Origin: Elusimicrobiota bacterium
GTDB taxonomy: Bacteria > Elusimicrobiota > Elusimicrobia > UBA1565
DNA: 64,000 bases
Direction of reading: 5' to 3'
Assembly (NCBI GenBank): GCA_043819795.1
Contig: JBDREN010000120.1
Location: forward strand, 25,681-89,680
Below the pieces are notes generated by a model that was given only the letters and a program-made list of their open reading frames with translations, searched no databases and was not told the DNA's origin. Shown one piece after another: positions 27,531 to 38,264 of the stretch. Both the position numbers and the translations under genes were made by a program. How positions within the stretch are numbered: position 1 is the first letter of the stretch; every line of letters begins with the position of its first letter.

Positions 27531-28136
27531 TTACCGGCCGTAGCGCCCGACCAGCTCGGCCTGGGCCAGTATGTGCCCTTCCATGGCTTGCAGAAGCCAT
27601 GCCTTGTCGGCCTTCGGTGAGAGGTCAAGGGCCGTATCCAGGGCGTAAAGCTTGAAGTAGTAGCGGTGCGGTTTCCCAGGCGGCGGGCAGGGACCGTAGT
27701 AGCCGACCCGACTGAAGCTCTCCACCCCCCAGCAGGCGCCCTGCTTCGCGCCTCCGGCGAGGGTCTCCTTCTTCTCCACGCCCTCGGGAAGGCCCTTGGC
27801 CTCGCCCGGCATGTCGTAGAGCACCCAGTGGACCCAAGCGCCGGAAGGCGCGTCCGGGTCGTCCATGATCAGCGCGAGGCTCTTCGTCCCTTCCGGCACG
27901 CCGGTCCAGGTCAGCTGAGGGGACGCGTCGTCTCCGTCACAGGTGTACTTCTTCGGTATCGTCCCGTTGTTTTGGAAGGCGACACTCCGAATATCCATGG
28001 GCATGTGGGCGGCCTCCGTCCCGCTCTCGGTCCGGGCGGCCGGCTCGAGCGCGCTCCGGCTCGCTGGGGGAATCCGTTCCCCGCAGGAGACGAATACGAG
28101 CGCTCCGACGGCCACGACAACCTGGCGGTTCAGCAT
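27531..28136 (-). CDS. YbhB/YbcL-family (PEBP/RKIP-like) protein, probable lipoprotein
   Basis: IP.KYTCDG.D.SP.L.W, DDPDAP.G.WVHW, Y.GPCPP.G..HRY.F.LYALD; lipobox-like FVSC. Confidence 0.92.
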   Translation of the reverse strand: MLNRQVVVAVGALVFVSCGERIPPASRSALEPAARTESGTEAAHMPMDIRSVAFQNNGTIPKKYTCDGDDASPQLTWTGVPEGTKSLALIMDDPDAPSGAWVHWVLYDMPGEAKGLPEGVEKKETLAGGAKQGACWGVESFSRVGYYGPCPPPGKPHRYYFKLYALDTALDLSPKADKAWLLQAMEGHILAQAELVGRYGR

Positions 28137-28204
28137 GACGACATTATATAACCCTTTGCCGGGGAACGCGATGCTCTCTTGCCACCGCGCGCCGCGCGCT
28201 TCGC

Positions 28205-28233
28205 TTGACAGGCCCCGCAGCGCGGACTAAACT
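28205..28233 (+). promoter_or_regulatory. Putative sigma70 promoter
   Basis: TTGACA-17 nt-TAAACT, ending 16 nt upstream of ATG 28250. Confidence 0.6.
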
Positions 28234-28249
28234 GCCCGAAGAAGGGTTC

Positions 28250-30142
28250 ATGAGCATGGAAGGGCTTCTCTGGATCGAATTCGCGGCACGCCAGTTCGTC
28301 GAGGTATTCCTGCATCCTTTGCTGCTCGGGCATCTCTACGGCATCCTAGCCTTTACCTTCCTGTCCCGGAAAGCCGTCCGGCACGGCTTCCAGGGCCTAT
28401 CGTGGAAGGCATGGACCGCCTGGGGGCTCTGCGCTCTTCTGCCCAGCGTGATCCTAGCGTGGCTCTGGCCCGCGCCGTTCCTCGGCGCCGGCGACGCCTG
28501 GGAGGAGCTTTGGATGGCCCGCCTTCTGGCCGACGGCGAGGTCGCGCGCTTCCTCGCCGAGCACCGCCACGGCGCGCTGTTCCCCTATCTGGGCTCCTGG
28601 CTGATCCCGGTCTTCGGCGAGTCTCCCGCCGTCTCGAGCGCGCTCACCCACGCGGCCGGGTTCGGCAACGTCCTGGTGATCTTCCTCCTGACCTACTCAT
28701 GCTTCCGCGACGAAGCGGCCTCGGTGTGGGCCGCGACGCTATACGTCTTCTCCCAGTCCTACTTCCGCTTCGTCTTGGCCCTCAAGGGGGCGCCCACGGT
28801 CTCCCTGTTCGTCATCGCGTCCGCGGTCCTTCTCTGGACGATCGCCTACCGGTCGCGCGAGATCCGCCTGCACCTGGCCGCGCTCTGGGCGGCCGCGCTG
28901 CTCGTGAACGTGCGAGTGGAATTCGGGGTCTACCTCCCGCTCTTCGCGGCCGGATGGTTCCTGCTCTCGGGACCGAAGGAACTGGGCCCGCTCCTGGCGC
29001 GGCGCCCGAAGACGGGCGCGGTGGGGCTGGGGCTTCTTCTCGTGCTCCTGGCGCCGGCGTGCACCAACCTGCTGCCGGGCCTACGGCTCTTTCAAGGCCC
29101 CTCGGTGATCGAGAACCTCGAGGCCTACGGCTGGGGCTCGGCCGGCTACGCGTTCTATTTCGCGCGTCGTGTGCCTGATTGGCTCCGGTATTGGTTCGGC
29201 GGGCCCCGCCTTCTACTGCTCGGCGCGCTGGCCGTCTGCTTCCTGCGTCTCAGGCCCGAGCACCGCAGAACGGCCCTGTGGCTGCTGGGGGGCTTTCTGC
29301 TCCACAACGCGGTCTATATCGCCTTCGTGAACGGGCTCGAAAGGCGATATCTGGTGACCACCTGCGCCCTTCTGCTGCCGCTCCTCGGATACGGCATGGC
29401 CCGCGTATGGGACCTCCGAAGCCGCCTGGCGAAGGCCTTCCTGGTCGCGGCATTCGTCTTTTCCGTGAGCAAGGACCTCCGCCCGTTCTTCCATCCCTCG
29501 GACGACCCCAGCGAGCACTCCTGGAGGCGGCACCAAAACGTGGCGCGCGCCGAAGCCGCCATCAAGGTGCACGCGCGTCACGCGGGAAGGAATGATCCGA
29601 TCCCCATCCTGGTAGGTAAAGAGGAGTTTCGCTACTCCTGGCTATTCCTCACCGACCGGACGGTGCTGTCCTTGCAGGACGCGCTCATCTCCGAGCTGGA
29701 CGCCCGCCGGGAGGAATCCGCGGGGACGGATCGCCGGAAGACCGCGTTGCCCTCGCTGGCGGGAGAATCGGTCTACTACGTGCGCACGCCGGACAACGGC
29801 GATGCCGCGCGCTTGGACGTGCATCCGTTCGACCGGATGATAAGCGAAGCCTGCCGGGCGGAGCGCGTGGCTCTCGTCGACGATTGGGAGGTCCTGCTGC
29901 TCTCCGGCTGCGGCGATCCGAGAACAAAGAGGAAGTCCCCGCCCCGCAGGCCCTTCAGCTCCGAGATCCGCCACCGCCTCGGCCTCGCGCACCTGCGCCA
30001 GAGACGCTTCGCTAAAGCCATCGAAGCGTTCCGGGAGGCGCTCCGGCTCGATCCTCGCCACCCTATGGCCCGTCGCGACCTCGGCTTGGCTTACCGCCTG
30101 GCCGGGCGGCCCGACGAAGCGCCGGCCGCGAACGAAGAATAG
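28250..30142 (+). CDS. GT-C-like polytopic membrane protein with C-terminal TPR
   Basis: About 12 TM segments, GDAWEE loop, R.EF and RY motifs; TPR HRLGLAHLRQRRFAKAIEAFREALRLDP. Confidence 0.6.
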   Translation: MSMEGLLWIEFAARQFVEVFLHPLLLGHLYGILAFTFLSRKAVRHGFQGLSWKAWTAWGLCALLPSVILAWLWPAPFLGAGDAWEELWMARLLADGEVARFLAEHRHGALFPYLGSWLIPVFGESPAVSSALTHAAGFGNVLVIFLLTYSCFRDEAASVWAATLYVFSQSYFRFVLALKGAPTVSLFVIASAVLLWTIAYRSREIRLHLAALWAAALLVNVRVEFGVYLPLFAAGWFLLSGPKELGPLLARRPKTGAVGLGLLLVLLAPACTNLLPGLRLFQGPSVIENLEAYGWGSAGYAFYFARRVPDWLRYWFGGPRLLLLGALAVCFLRLRPEHRRTALWLLGGFLLHNAVYIAFVNGLERRYLVTTCALLLPLLGYGMARVWDLRSRLAKAFLVAAFVFSVSKDLRPFFHPSDDPSEHSWRRHQNVARAEAAIKVHARHAGRNDPIPILVGKEEFRYSWLFLTDRTVLSLQDALISELDARREESAGTDRRKTALPSLAGESVYYVRTPDNGDAARLDVHPFDRMISEACRAERVALVDDWEVLLLSGCGDPRTKRKSPPRRPFSSEIRHRLGLAHLRQRRFAKAIEAFREALRLDPRHPMARRDLGLAYRLAGRPDEAPAANEE

Positions 30143-30209
30143 TCTTGGGCATAGCGCGGGTTTTTCATACCATCTCCCATCGCTTGAGCACATCCCCGGG
30201 AGATACATC

Positions 30210-33200
30210 ATGACGCGACTGACCCTATCGCTCGGCCTTCTCGCCACGCAGGCCGCCGCCGAGCCCGCGCTCGCCGATCCGAGAGACTTCACGAAGGACG
30301 CCGAGATCGAAGGCTACCGCGTGATCAGCCTATACCTCGACGTCCAAGGCCAGCCCATGGGGGCCCGCTTCCGCCACGGCAACGGCATGCCGGTCGATAT
30401 CATCCGGGTTCCCTCGGTCCCGCAAGTCTCGCTCAACGTGGCCACGCCGCCCGATTCGGACAAGGGGGAGCCCCACACCCAGGAGCATCTCATCCTGGGC
30501 AAGGGGAAGACCGGCATCTATCTCAACAGCCTGTTCTCTATGAGCCTGGCCGACCACACCGCCGCCACGTACGCGGACGTGACCAACTACCAGTTCCATA
30601 CCGCGGCCGACAAGGAGACGTTCTACCGCCTCCTTCACCAGTTCTTCAAGGCCTTGATCCGTCCCGACTACACCGACGAGGAGATCCGCCGGGAGGTGGC
30701 GAACCTAGGCGTGGTCGAGGATCCGAAGTCCGGGCTGCTGCGTCCCGAAGAGAAAGGGACCGTCTACAACGAGATGGTCTCCACGATGGAGAAATCGGAC
30801 AGCGTCAACTGGTATCAGATGACGCCTCTCATCTTCGGGAAGGACAACCCCATGGCGCGCAACCAAGGGGGGCTGCCCTCCGCGATCCGCGAGATGACCC
30901 CGCGGGACATCCGGCGCTTCCACCGGATCCGCTACCACTTCGGGAGCAACATGGCGCTGATCGCCGCTCTCCCGGCCAGCTATCCCTTCCGCGAGTTCCT
31001 CTCGCGCCTCAACGGCGTCATGAAAGCCGTCGAGCCCGAGGCGCTCGACGCGGCGCCCGGCTGCCTGCCGCGGACCGGAGGCGGGACCGGTGAGCGGTGC
31101 GCCCGCTATCCCGCGATCCCCCCGTATAAGCCGGCGAAGGGAGCCCCCATCGTCATCGGCTCGTATCCCGGAGAGGACCCGAACCTCCCGCAAAGCGTCG
31201 CCTTCTCCTGGAAGCCCCTGAAACGAGCGCTCTCTCCCCGGGAATCGGTGGAGCTGGGCCTGCTGTTGTCGGTCCTGGCCGACGGCGAGACCTCATTCCT
31301 CTATCGGGACCTCATCGATGAGAAGACGCGCGCGATGGGGTCGGGCGCGACCAACGTGGGCTCCTACTTCCTGGAGGCTCCCGCGAACGTCCCGATGGTA
31401 TTCCTCTCGGGCCTGCCCCCCTCCGACCTGACCCGGGACAAGCTGGGCGAGATCCGGAAGGCGGTCATGAACCGCGTCCGTTCCCTCCGCGAGGCGCGGC
31501 GGCGCTCCCCCGTGCTCAAGGAGCTCAACGACAAGGCGGCCTCGCTGCTCTCGTCCCACCGGCGCAGCGCGCTCAAGTTCATCGACGCGCCGCCCGGCTT
31601 CGGCCGCCGCCATTCCGGGATATCCTGGCACCAGCATCTCGACACCCTGCACCAAGCGCCGGGGTTCCGCAAAGCGTTGGCCATGACCCCCTGGTTCGAC
31701 GCGGTGGAGAAGAAGCTCAAGAGCGGAGACAACTTCTGGGAGTCGGTGATCCTGCGAAACGGCCTCGATAAGGAGCCGATCGTCAGCGCGGTCAGGCCGG
31801 ACAAGTCCCTTTTGGAGTCCGACAGGAAGGCCAAGGCCGAGCGCCTCAAGGCGCATGAAGCCCGTCTTCTGCGGAAGTTCGGGACCAAGGACGCGCAGCG
31901 GGCGCTCGCCCGCCACAAGACGGAGCAGGAAAAGAAGACCGCCGAGCTCAAAGAGCAGGAAGAGTCCGTTAAGCGGCCCCGCTTCGTGGGCGATCCGCCC
32001 TTGACCCTGGACGAGATGATAGACTGGGAGGAAGGCGTCCTGAGCGGCCCGGTCCGGGTGGTGACCAGCCGCTTCCCCTCGACGCCGTTCACCGACGTCC
32101 ACGTGCTTTTCGACCTGCGGAGGCTTCCGGAGGAGGACCTCCCCTACCTGCCGGTCCTGCCCCCGCTGCTAACGGAGCTCGGCGCGACCACCCGGGACGG
32201 CGAGCGCCTCGACTACGTCGCGATGCGGGAGCGCTGGCGCGCGGAGATCTACGGCCTGAGCGCCAGCCTTTCCGAGAACCCCCGTACCGGGCGGCTCGAG
32301 CTCTCGCTCGCCGCCTCCGGCTCCGGCCCGCGGGAGAACGTGAAGGCCGTCGAGTGGCTCGAGAACTGCCTCTTTCGGGCGGACGTTTCCAGCCGTACGA
32401 CCGGCCGCCTGCGGGCGGTCCTCCGCGACCGGATCCGCGGCTTGCGCCAGATATTCCAGCTCTCGGAGGAACGCTGGGTGCGGCAGGCCGCCGACGCCTA
32501 CGCCTATCAGGACGATGCCCGCTGGATGAGCGTGAAGAGTCCCTTCACGCGTCTTCAGCACTTCAACCGCGTCTATTTCCGCCTTGCGGGTTATCCCGAC
32601 GCCGGGACCCGGGCCCTCGTCGAAGAGACCCTGCGGGACCTGGCCCGCGAGACGCGCGAGGGGACCCGCGCGCGGATCATGGAGCGGATCGACGGCCTGG
32701 CCTCGGGGGCGGGGCTGCGGCCCGAAAACCCCGAAACGCCGATCCTCGTCGACTTCGGCCAGTACCTGCAGGCCGAGCTGGCTTGGCTGCCCGAAGGAAG
32801 CTGGCGCAGGGACCTCGCGCGGATGATCCGGCAGACCGCGGCCGACCTGGCCCGCGACCCCGCCGCCGAGATGCGCCATATGAAGAATATCCTGTCCGAC
32901 ACGCTCACCAGGCGGAACGCGCGCGCGGCGCTGACCGGGAACCCGAAGGACACGAGGGACATCCTCCCGGCGCTGCGCTCCTTGGCGGAGGCTCTTCCGA
33001 AGGGCAAAAGGCCCTCGTCCCGCCGAGGACGGACCGGGTCCGTGGTCCTGGCCCGGCTCCGGGAGCGCCATCCGGGCCTCAAGAGGCCGGTCCACGTCGG
33101 ACTCGTCAACAACAGCACGAAATCCGGCGTCTATGTGCTCTCCGCGGCGGCCCCTTCTTATTGGGACCGCGGCGAGGACGCGGCGCTGGATTACCTGGCA

Positions 33201-33788
33201 CTGGAGGCGTTCTCCGGAGCCGCGCCCCACTCGTTCTTCATGCAGACCTGGGCGGCCGGCCTGGCCTACTCGAACGGCGTCAGCCCCTCCCTGGACCGGG
33301 GGCGCGTGGCCTACTACGCGGAGCGCTGCCCGGACCTGACGGCGACGATGCGGTTCGTGACGGAGCTGGTGCGCGACACAGAGATGGATGATGTTTCCTT
33401 CCTGGATTTCGCCGTGGCGAACTCCTTCGGGGACTACCGCGGAGCCGCCGGCTTCTCCACGCGAGGCTCCGCCATGGCGACCGACATCGCCGATGGGAAG
33501 ACGCCCGAGGTCGTGCGCCGCTTCAAGCGCGGCCTCTTGCGAGCCGCGCTCGTTCCCGGCGCCCTGAAGAGCCTGCGAAAGCGGCTGCCGTCGACTTTGG
33601 GCTCGGTGCTGATCGGCTACGGGAAGAAGATGGCCAAGGCCCTGCGGGCCGCGGGCGTCGTCATCGGCCCGGACCGGCTCCTCGACCGCTACGCGGATTT
33701 CCTCAAGGAGAACGGCGAGGCCCGGCGCCTGATCAAGCTCTATCCCCGGGACTTCTGGTTCTTCGACGCCGAGCGGGGAGCGCGTTAA
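30210..33788 (+). CDS. M16 (inverzincin, PreP/M16C-like) metallopeptidase
   Basis: D.GEPHTQEH (HxxEH), GTVYNEM, GG.P.AI, FH...YH..N; signal-like N-terminus. Confidence 0.85.
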   Translation: MTRLTLSLGLLATQAAAEPALADPRDFTKDAEIEGYRVISLYLDVQGQPMGARFRHGNGMPVDIIRVPSVPQVSLNVATPPDSDKGEPHTQEHLILGKGKTGIYLNSLFSMSLADHTAATYADVTNYQFHTAADKETFYRLLHQFFKALIRPDYTDEEIRREVANLGVVEDPKSGLLRPEEKGTVYNEMVSTMEKSDSVNWYQMTPLIFGKDNPMARNQGGLPSAIREMTPRDIRRFHRIRYHFGSNMALIAALPASYPFREFLSRLNGVMKAVEPEALDAAPGCLPRTGGGTGERCARYPAIPPYKPAKGAPIVIGSYPGEDPNLPQSVAFSWKPLKRALSPRESVELGLLLSVLADGETSFLYRDLIDEKTRAMGSGATNVGSYFLEAPANVPMVFLSGLPPSDLTRDKLGEIRKAVMNRVRSLREARRRSPVLKELNDKAASLLSSHRRSALKFIDAPPGFGRRHSGISWHQHLDTLHQAPGFRKALAMTPWFDAVEKKLKSGDNFWESVILRNGLDKEPIVSAVRPDKSLLESDRKAKAERLKAHEARLLRKFGTKDAQRALARHKTEQEKKTAELKEQEESVKRPRFVGDPPLTLDEMIDWEEGVLSGPVRVVTSRFPSTPFTDVHVLFDLRRLPEEDLPYLPVLPPLLTELGATTRDGERLDYVAMRERWRAEIYGLSASLSENPRTGRLELSLAASGSGPRENVKAVEWLENCLFRADVSSRTTGRLRAVLRDRIRGLRQIFQLSEERWVRQAADAYAYQDDARWMSVKSPFTRLQHFNRVYFRLAGYPDAGTRALVEETLRDLARETREGTRARIMERIDGLASGAGLRPENPETPILVDFGQYLQAELAWLPEGSWRRDLARMIRQTAADLARDPAAEMRHMKNILSDTLTRRNARAALTGNPKDTRDILPALRSLAEALPKGKRPSSRRGRTGSVVLARLRERHPGLKRPVHVGLVNNSTKSGVYVLSAAAPSYWDRGEDAALDYLALEAFSGAAPHSFFMQTWAAGLAYSNGVSPSLDRGRVAYYAERCPDLTATMRFVTELVRDTEMDDVSFLDFAVANSFGDYRGAAGFSTRGSAMATDIADGKTPEVVRRFKRGLLRAALVPGALKSLRKRLPSTLGSVLIGYGKKMAKALRAAGVVIGPDRLLDRYADFLKENGEARRLIKLYPRDFWFFDAERGAR

Positions 33789-33833
33789 GCGCCCCCGGCT
33801 GCAAAGGCGACGGCGTCTCAACGGCGTCAACGA

Positions 33834-33890
33834 CGTTGAGTTTGTTGACTAACTGGCGACCACATGCGGACTTACTCGACAAACTCAACG
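33834..33890. repeat. Imperfect inverted repeat (20-bp arms)
   Basis: CGTTGAGTTTGTTGACTAAC ... CTTACTCGACAAACTCAACG. Confidence 0.6.
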
Positions 33891-33954
33891 CCCACTGTCT
33901 TCTTCGATTGACCGCGAAACCGATCGGGGCTATACTCCCCGGGGGGGGATCATT

Positions 33955-34320
33955 ATGCTCTGTCCAAAGTGCGAGAAGTCCGAACTGACGGCCCACCGGG
34001 TCAATATGCTGCTGGAGACCGACCATTGCGCCAGGTGCGGCGGGGTCTGGTTCGACCAGCAGGAAGTGTACGCCCGGATCAAGCGGCCCGCGCAGTTCTT
34101 TGAGGTATTCAAGGCGGCCTACGCCGATTCGACCGACACGAAATACGCCTGTCCCCGGGACGGCAAGCCCATGATCCAAGCGACGATCGAGGCCGCGGAA
34201 CTGCCCTTCGAGGCCTGCACTCAATGCGGCGGGATGTGGTTCGACGAGGGCGAGGTCGAGAAGCTCAATCGCTACCTCGATGACTGGGACGCCTGCTCGG
34301 CGGAAGGCCCCAAGCCCTGA
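33955..34320 (+). CDS. Double zf-TFIIB-like zinc-ribbon protein
   Basis: CPKC...D.C..CGGVWFD..E and CPRD...C..CGGMWFD.GE. Confidence 0.85.
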   Translation: MLCPKCEKSELTAHRVNMLLETDHCARCGGVWFDQQEVYARIKRPAQFFEVFKAAYADSTDTKYACPRDGKPMIQATIEAAELPFEACTQCGGMWFDEGEVEKLNRYLDDWDACSAEGPKP

Positions 34321-34404
34321 CCCCCATCCACGCCCTCGCTGAAAGGCACGCATGATCGAGAATGCGCGGCATTATGTGCTCGCGGCGGGGCTGACCGAAA
34401 AGAA

Positions 34405-34980
34405 TCAGGCGGGACCTTGCTCGGACCTCTCGCGCGGCCGATCCCCGGCATTTCGCGCGCGCCTCAAGTAATACAGGCCCGCGTAGATCCTCGGATCCAC
34501 GAGGAGCCCCTTGGCTTGCTGCCGCCTGAGCCAATCATCCACATCCGGGACCGGCACTTCATGGACGGATATCGATTCAGTATGATCGCCGCCCCCCTCT
34601 CCCGCTTTTTCCAAGCCCGTCGCATGGAAGAAAGAGAGGATATCGGATGTCGAGGCTTGAGAAGACGGCCCCTCAAAGATCAACTCGGCGTCGGCCGCCG
34701 CGTACCCGGTCTCCTCCAGGAGCTCGCGTTTCGCGGCCTCCTGCAAGGTTTCACGCGGACCTGTCGCGGAATCGTTGGCAAGTCCCGCCGGGAATTCGAT
34801 CACCTTGCCGCGGACCGGGATACGGTGCTGTTCCACCAAGACAAGCTTGTCCTCATCCGTCACCCCGATGATGACCGCGATCCCCGTGCAATTCACTCGC
34901 TCCGTATATTCCCACCCATCACGGCAAACGAAACGCCGGTACTTCCCTTCATATAGGACCATCTTCCCTGTGTTTCCCAT
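34405..34980 (-). CDS. NUDIX hydrolase (ADP-ribose pyrophosphatase-like)
   Basis: LVEQ.R.P...IEFPAGL...E....AA.RELLEETGY Nudix box. Confidence 0.92.
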   Translation of the reverse strand: MGNTGKMVLYEGKYRRFVCRDGWEYTERVNCTGIAVIIGVTDEDKLVLVEQHRIPVRGKVIEFPAGLANDSATGPRETLQEAAKRELLEETGYAAADAELIFEGPSSQASTSDILSFFHATGLEKAGEGGGDHTESISVHEVPVPDVDDWLRRQQAKGLLVDPRIYAGLYYLRRARNAGDRPRERSEQGPA

Positions 34981-34995
34981 AACCCGGTTCTTAGA

Positions 34996-36939
34996 CTATC
35001 CGGGACGCTCCGGCCTGTGGGTGAAGAAGCGCCCCTGCGCGTAAGTCATGCGCATCCGGGCGTTGATCGCCCACCCGGAGGCCTCCAGGATGGCCGCGAG
35101 GTCGCGCCGCCGGAGCTTGAAGAAGGCCGCGGCGATCGCGGGCAGGACCACGGCGAAGACCGCGCCCGCGGTCCCCGCGAGGACTTTGTAGAGGGCCACC
35201 CCCGCGAGGGTCTTGGTGATGAACGCGGCCGCCGACCCGAGGGCAGCCGTTCCCATCATGATGCCGCCGATGGCCACCGCCGGCGAGGCGCCGCCCGAGA
35301 TGAGGGAATCGAGCTTCTTCTCGGCGCCGCCCGTGATGGACTCGATCTTGCCCATCAGGGTGCGGCCCAGCCGCCCGAACGGGGCCACGATCGCCTCCCC
35401 GAACCCGATGGGGTTCTCGATGATGTGAACGACCCTCGCGTCGCGCTCCCGGCCCTGGAGGTCCCAAAACAGCCCGCGCTTGCCCACGCAGAGGTTGCCG
35501 CGCCCGCCCGAGGTCACGGGGATGGCGACCTCGTAAGCTCCCCCGTCCTGCTTGGCGTCCACCTCGACGTACATCACGAACATCTGGCTCGCCTCCGCGA
35601 CCTTGACATGCCCGGCGCGTTCGCGCACCCGCACCGCCAAGCAGAAGCGGCGGCCGTCCATCACCAGGGTCCCCGCCTCGAAGAGCGCCCGCCGGTCGTT
35701 GACGTAGAGGTCCGGGAAACTCACGAAGTTGTTCGCCAGAGACAACAGATGGGCCTGGTACAGGATGAGCTTCTCGATCAGCCGGACATCGTCCATCGCG
35801 GCAGCCATCGCCCGCCCGCGCGCGATCAGCTTCCGTACGCCCTCGGCCTGCTTGCCGCCGAGGTAAGCGCGCAGCTTCTCGAGCCCGAGCGGCTCGACGA
35901 CGGCTCCCGCCTTCTTCTCCTCCCACGTCCCGTGCTCGGCGAAGAAGGCCCGCACGGCCCGCCAGTCTCCCTCGGAAAGCTCTTCGACCGCACGCCCGAG
36001 CGCCGGCTCGATCGCCCGCTTGCGCAGCTGGAGCAAGTCCGGCTCGAAATGGGGGTTCAGCGGCTCCGCGAAAGCGAGTATCCGTTCCGGCCTCGGCCGC
36101 GAGAGCGGCGCCTTCTTGAGCAGATCCTCGAGCACCGAGCGGTCCGCGAGGTCGAGCTTCTCCAGCTCGCCGGGACGCGCGCCGAAATGCCCGTCCACGC
36201 CGCCGTCAAGGACAAGGAACCGGCACTGGGCGAAGTACTGGTCCACCTTCTCGCCGAGCGTCCGGAGCAAGGCGTAGGCGGGCGCGGTATCCGGCCCGAG
36301 CGGCATGATCCCCGAGCGCTTGTCTCCGTCGGCCAGCGTCCCCCGCTCCTGCCAGCCGAGGTAGGCCTTGGCCTCGTCGAGGAACTTCGCGAGCTGCTCC
36401 TCGCCCACGCCCTGCTTGCCGCCCGGGTGAGCGGCCCCTCCCACGGTCGCGAGCACGTCGGCCAGAAACGCCTTGAGCTCGGGGGTCTCGGCGGCCTCCT
36501 CCAAGACCACGCCCTCCTCGCTGACCGGAAACTTCTCCATCCCGGCCTTGATCCCGCGGACCTGCTCGAGAGCGATCTCCTTGTCCCCGTCCCGGCCCAT
36601 CCGCGAGAGCAGCCTCGCGGCCGCGTCCCGAGCCCGGCGCCCCTCCTCCGACCCGCCGTCGATATGGGCCAACGACAGGGTCCGGCTTCCGGCCACCACG
36701 CCCGCTTCCTCGCGCAGGCACGCGAGGGTCCATTCGATCGCCTGCCTGATGTCGCCGCAGAGCAGGCGACCGTCGCCGTCAGCGTCCACCAGACGGAGGA
36801 AGGTCTTGTCGCAGTAGATGGCCTCGACCGGAGCGCCGGTGGCCACCCAGTGCGCCTCATTGAGCTTGAGCACGGACCGCAGGTCCGCGACCGACTCGAT
36901 CACCAGATGCCGCGTGCGGCCGTAGCGCCGGAATCTCAT
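34996..36939 (-). CDS. Hypothetical protein with an N-terminal EF-hand-like loop and C-terminal TM helices
   Basis: DADGDGRL loop; C-terminal hydrophobic helices followed by KLRRRDL..ILEASGWAIN. Confidence 0.65.
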   Translation of the reverse strand: MRFRRYGRTRHLVIESVADLRSVLKLNEAHWVATGAPVEAIYCDKTFLRLVDADGDGRLLCGDIRQAIEWTLACLREEAGVVAGSRTLSLAHIDGGSEEGRRARDAAARLLSRMGRDGDKEIALEQVRGIKAGMEKFPVSEEGVVLEEAAETPELKAFLADVLATVGGAAHPGGKQGVGEEQLAKFLDEAKAYLGWQERGTLADGDKRSGIMPLGPDTAPAYALLRTLGEKVDQYFAQCRFLVLDGGVDGHFGARPGELEKLDLADRSVLEDLLKKAPLSRPRPERILAFAEPLNPHFEPDLLQLRKRAIEPALGRAVEELSEGDWRAVRAFFAEHGTWEEKKAGAVVEPLGLEKLRAYLGGKQAEGVRKLIARGRAMAAAMDDVRLIEKLILYQAHLLSLANNFVSFPDLYVNDRRALFEAGTLVMDGRRFCLAVRVRERAGHVKVAEASQMFVMYVEVDAKQDGGAYEVAIPVTSGGRGNLCVGKRGLFWDLQGRERDARVVHIIENPIGFGEAIVAPFGRLGRTLMGKIESITGGAEKKLDSLISGGASPAVAIGGIMMGTAALGSAAAFITKTLAGVALYKVLAGTAGAVFAVVLPAIAAAFFKLRRRDLAAILEASGWAINARMRMTYAQGRFFTHRPERPG

Positions 36940-37067
36940 GGCTCTAGCTCCTCAATGGGGGTCTACGGCAAGGCAAATCATACCCAAATAGGCCATTCTC
37001 ATTATTACATTTTTTCAGACGGCAAGCCGCGCACTCCGGCCGGCATCCCCGTCTCCCCGGAGGATTA

Positions 37068-38219
37068 TTGCATAATACCGCGATGAACGGCCCCATGGCG
37101 ATGGCACTCTTCCTCGCGACCGTCATATCCATCTACCTCGGGATGCAGTACTACGTCGCCTTCTGGGTGATACGGTATTTCCCGGGGTTCCCCGTCCACC
37201 CCGCCATCATACGGTGCGCGGTTTTGCTCATCGCCCTTTCGTCCCCCTTTTCTCTCTTTTGGCTGAGGCGTCATGGCGGGCCGGCGGCCGAGGCCTTCGC
37301 CTTCGCGGCCTGCGTATGGCTGGGAGTCTCTTTCGTATGGCTGGTGTGGGGCCTGCTCGGAGACCTGGTCTGGGTCATCGCGCGCATCGCGGGGACGTCC
37401 ACCTCGGTCAAACGGATCATCGGCCAGACGGTGCTCGCGGTCGTCGCGGCCCTGTGCCTCTACGCCTTCTGGAGCGCCTCCCGGCCGCCAGAGCTCAAGC
37501 GGATCGAGCTAGCCGTCCCCGGCCTGCCCGCGGCATTGGACGGCTTCTCCATCGTACAGATATCGGACCTGCACCTCGACACCACCATCCCGCTGAAGAG
37601 GCTCGAGCAGGCGGCCGCCATGATCGCCGCCATAGGCCCGGACCTTATCGCCTTCACCGGCGACATCGTGGAGCCGGGATTCCGCAAGAAAGCGCGGCTC
37701 AAGGAGCTGGGATCCCGTATGCGCGCGAAGTACGGCGCGGTAGCGGTCTTGGGCAACCACGAGTTCTATCTTGGGACGAAGACCGCGATCGAATGCCACG
37801 AGAGCCTTGGGGCGCGCCTGCTGAGAGACGAGGTCATCGAGCTACCCGCCGGCATCCAGGTCGCGGGGGTGGACGACATACGCACGTCCCGGATGACCCG
37901 GGAGGAGGTCCGGCAGGTCCTCCGGAAACTCGATCCGGACAAGCCGTCCGTCTTCCTCTCCCATCAACCCATGATGTTCGACCTGGCCGCGGAGCACGGA
38001 GTGGACCTGATGCTGTCGGGGCATACGCACCGGGGACAGATATTCCCCTTCCACGCTTTCGTCAAGATGTCCCACCCATACTTCCACGGGCTCTACCACA
38101 TCGGAGACTCCCGCCTCTATGTGACATCGGGCGCCGGCCATTGGGGACCGCCCATGCGCCTCTTCGCCCCCTCGGAGGTGGTCCACATCACGCTGCGCTC
38201 CAAATCCTCGCGCCCATGA
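37068..38219 (+). CDS. Membrane-anchored calcineurin-like metallophosphoesterase (YkuE-like)
   Basis: SDLH, TGD, GNHE, SHQP, SGHTH.GQ motifs after 4 TM segments. Start uncertain. Confidence 0.92.
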   Translation: MHNTAMNGPMAMALFLATVISIYLGMQYYVAFWVIRYFPGFPVHPAIIRCAVLLIALSSPFSLFWLRRHGGPAAEAFAFAACVWLGVSFVWLVWGLLGDLVWVIARIAGTSTSVKRIIGQTVLAVVAALCLYAFWSASRPPELKRIELAVPGLPAALDGFSIVQISDLHLDTTIPLKRLEQAAAMIAAIGPDLIAFTGDIVEPGFRKKARLKELGSRMRAKYGAVAVLGNHEFYLGTKTAIECHESLGARLLRDEVIELPAGIQVAGVDDIRTSRMTREEVRQVLRKLDPDKPSVFLSHQPMMFDLAAEHGVDLMLSGHTHRGQIFPFHAFVKMSHPYFHGLYHIGDSRLYVTSGAGHWGPPMRLFAPSEVVHITLRSKSSRP

Positions 38220-38264
38220 TCGCCTCGCGGTGAGCCGCGGCGGCCCTCAGGACTGTTTGCGGCC

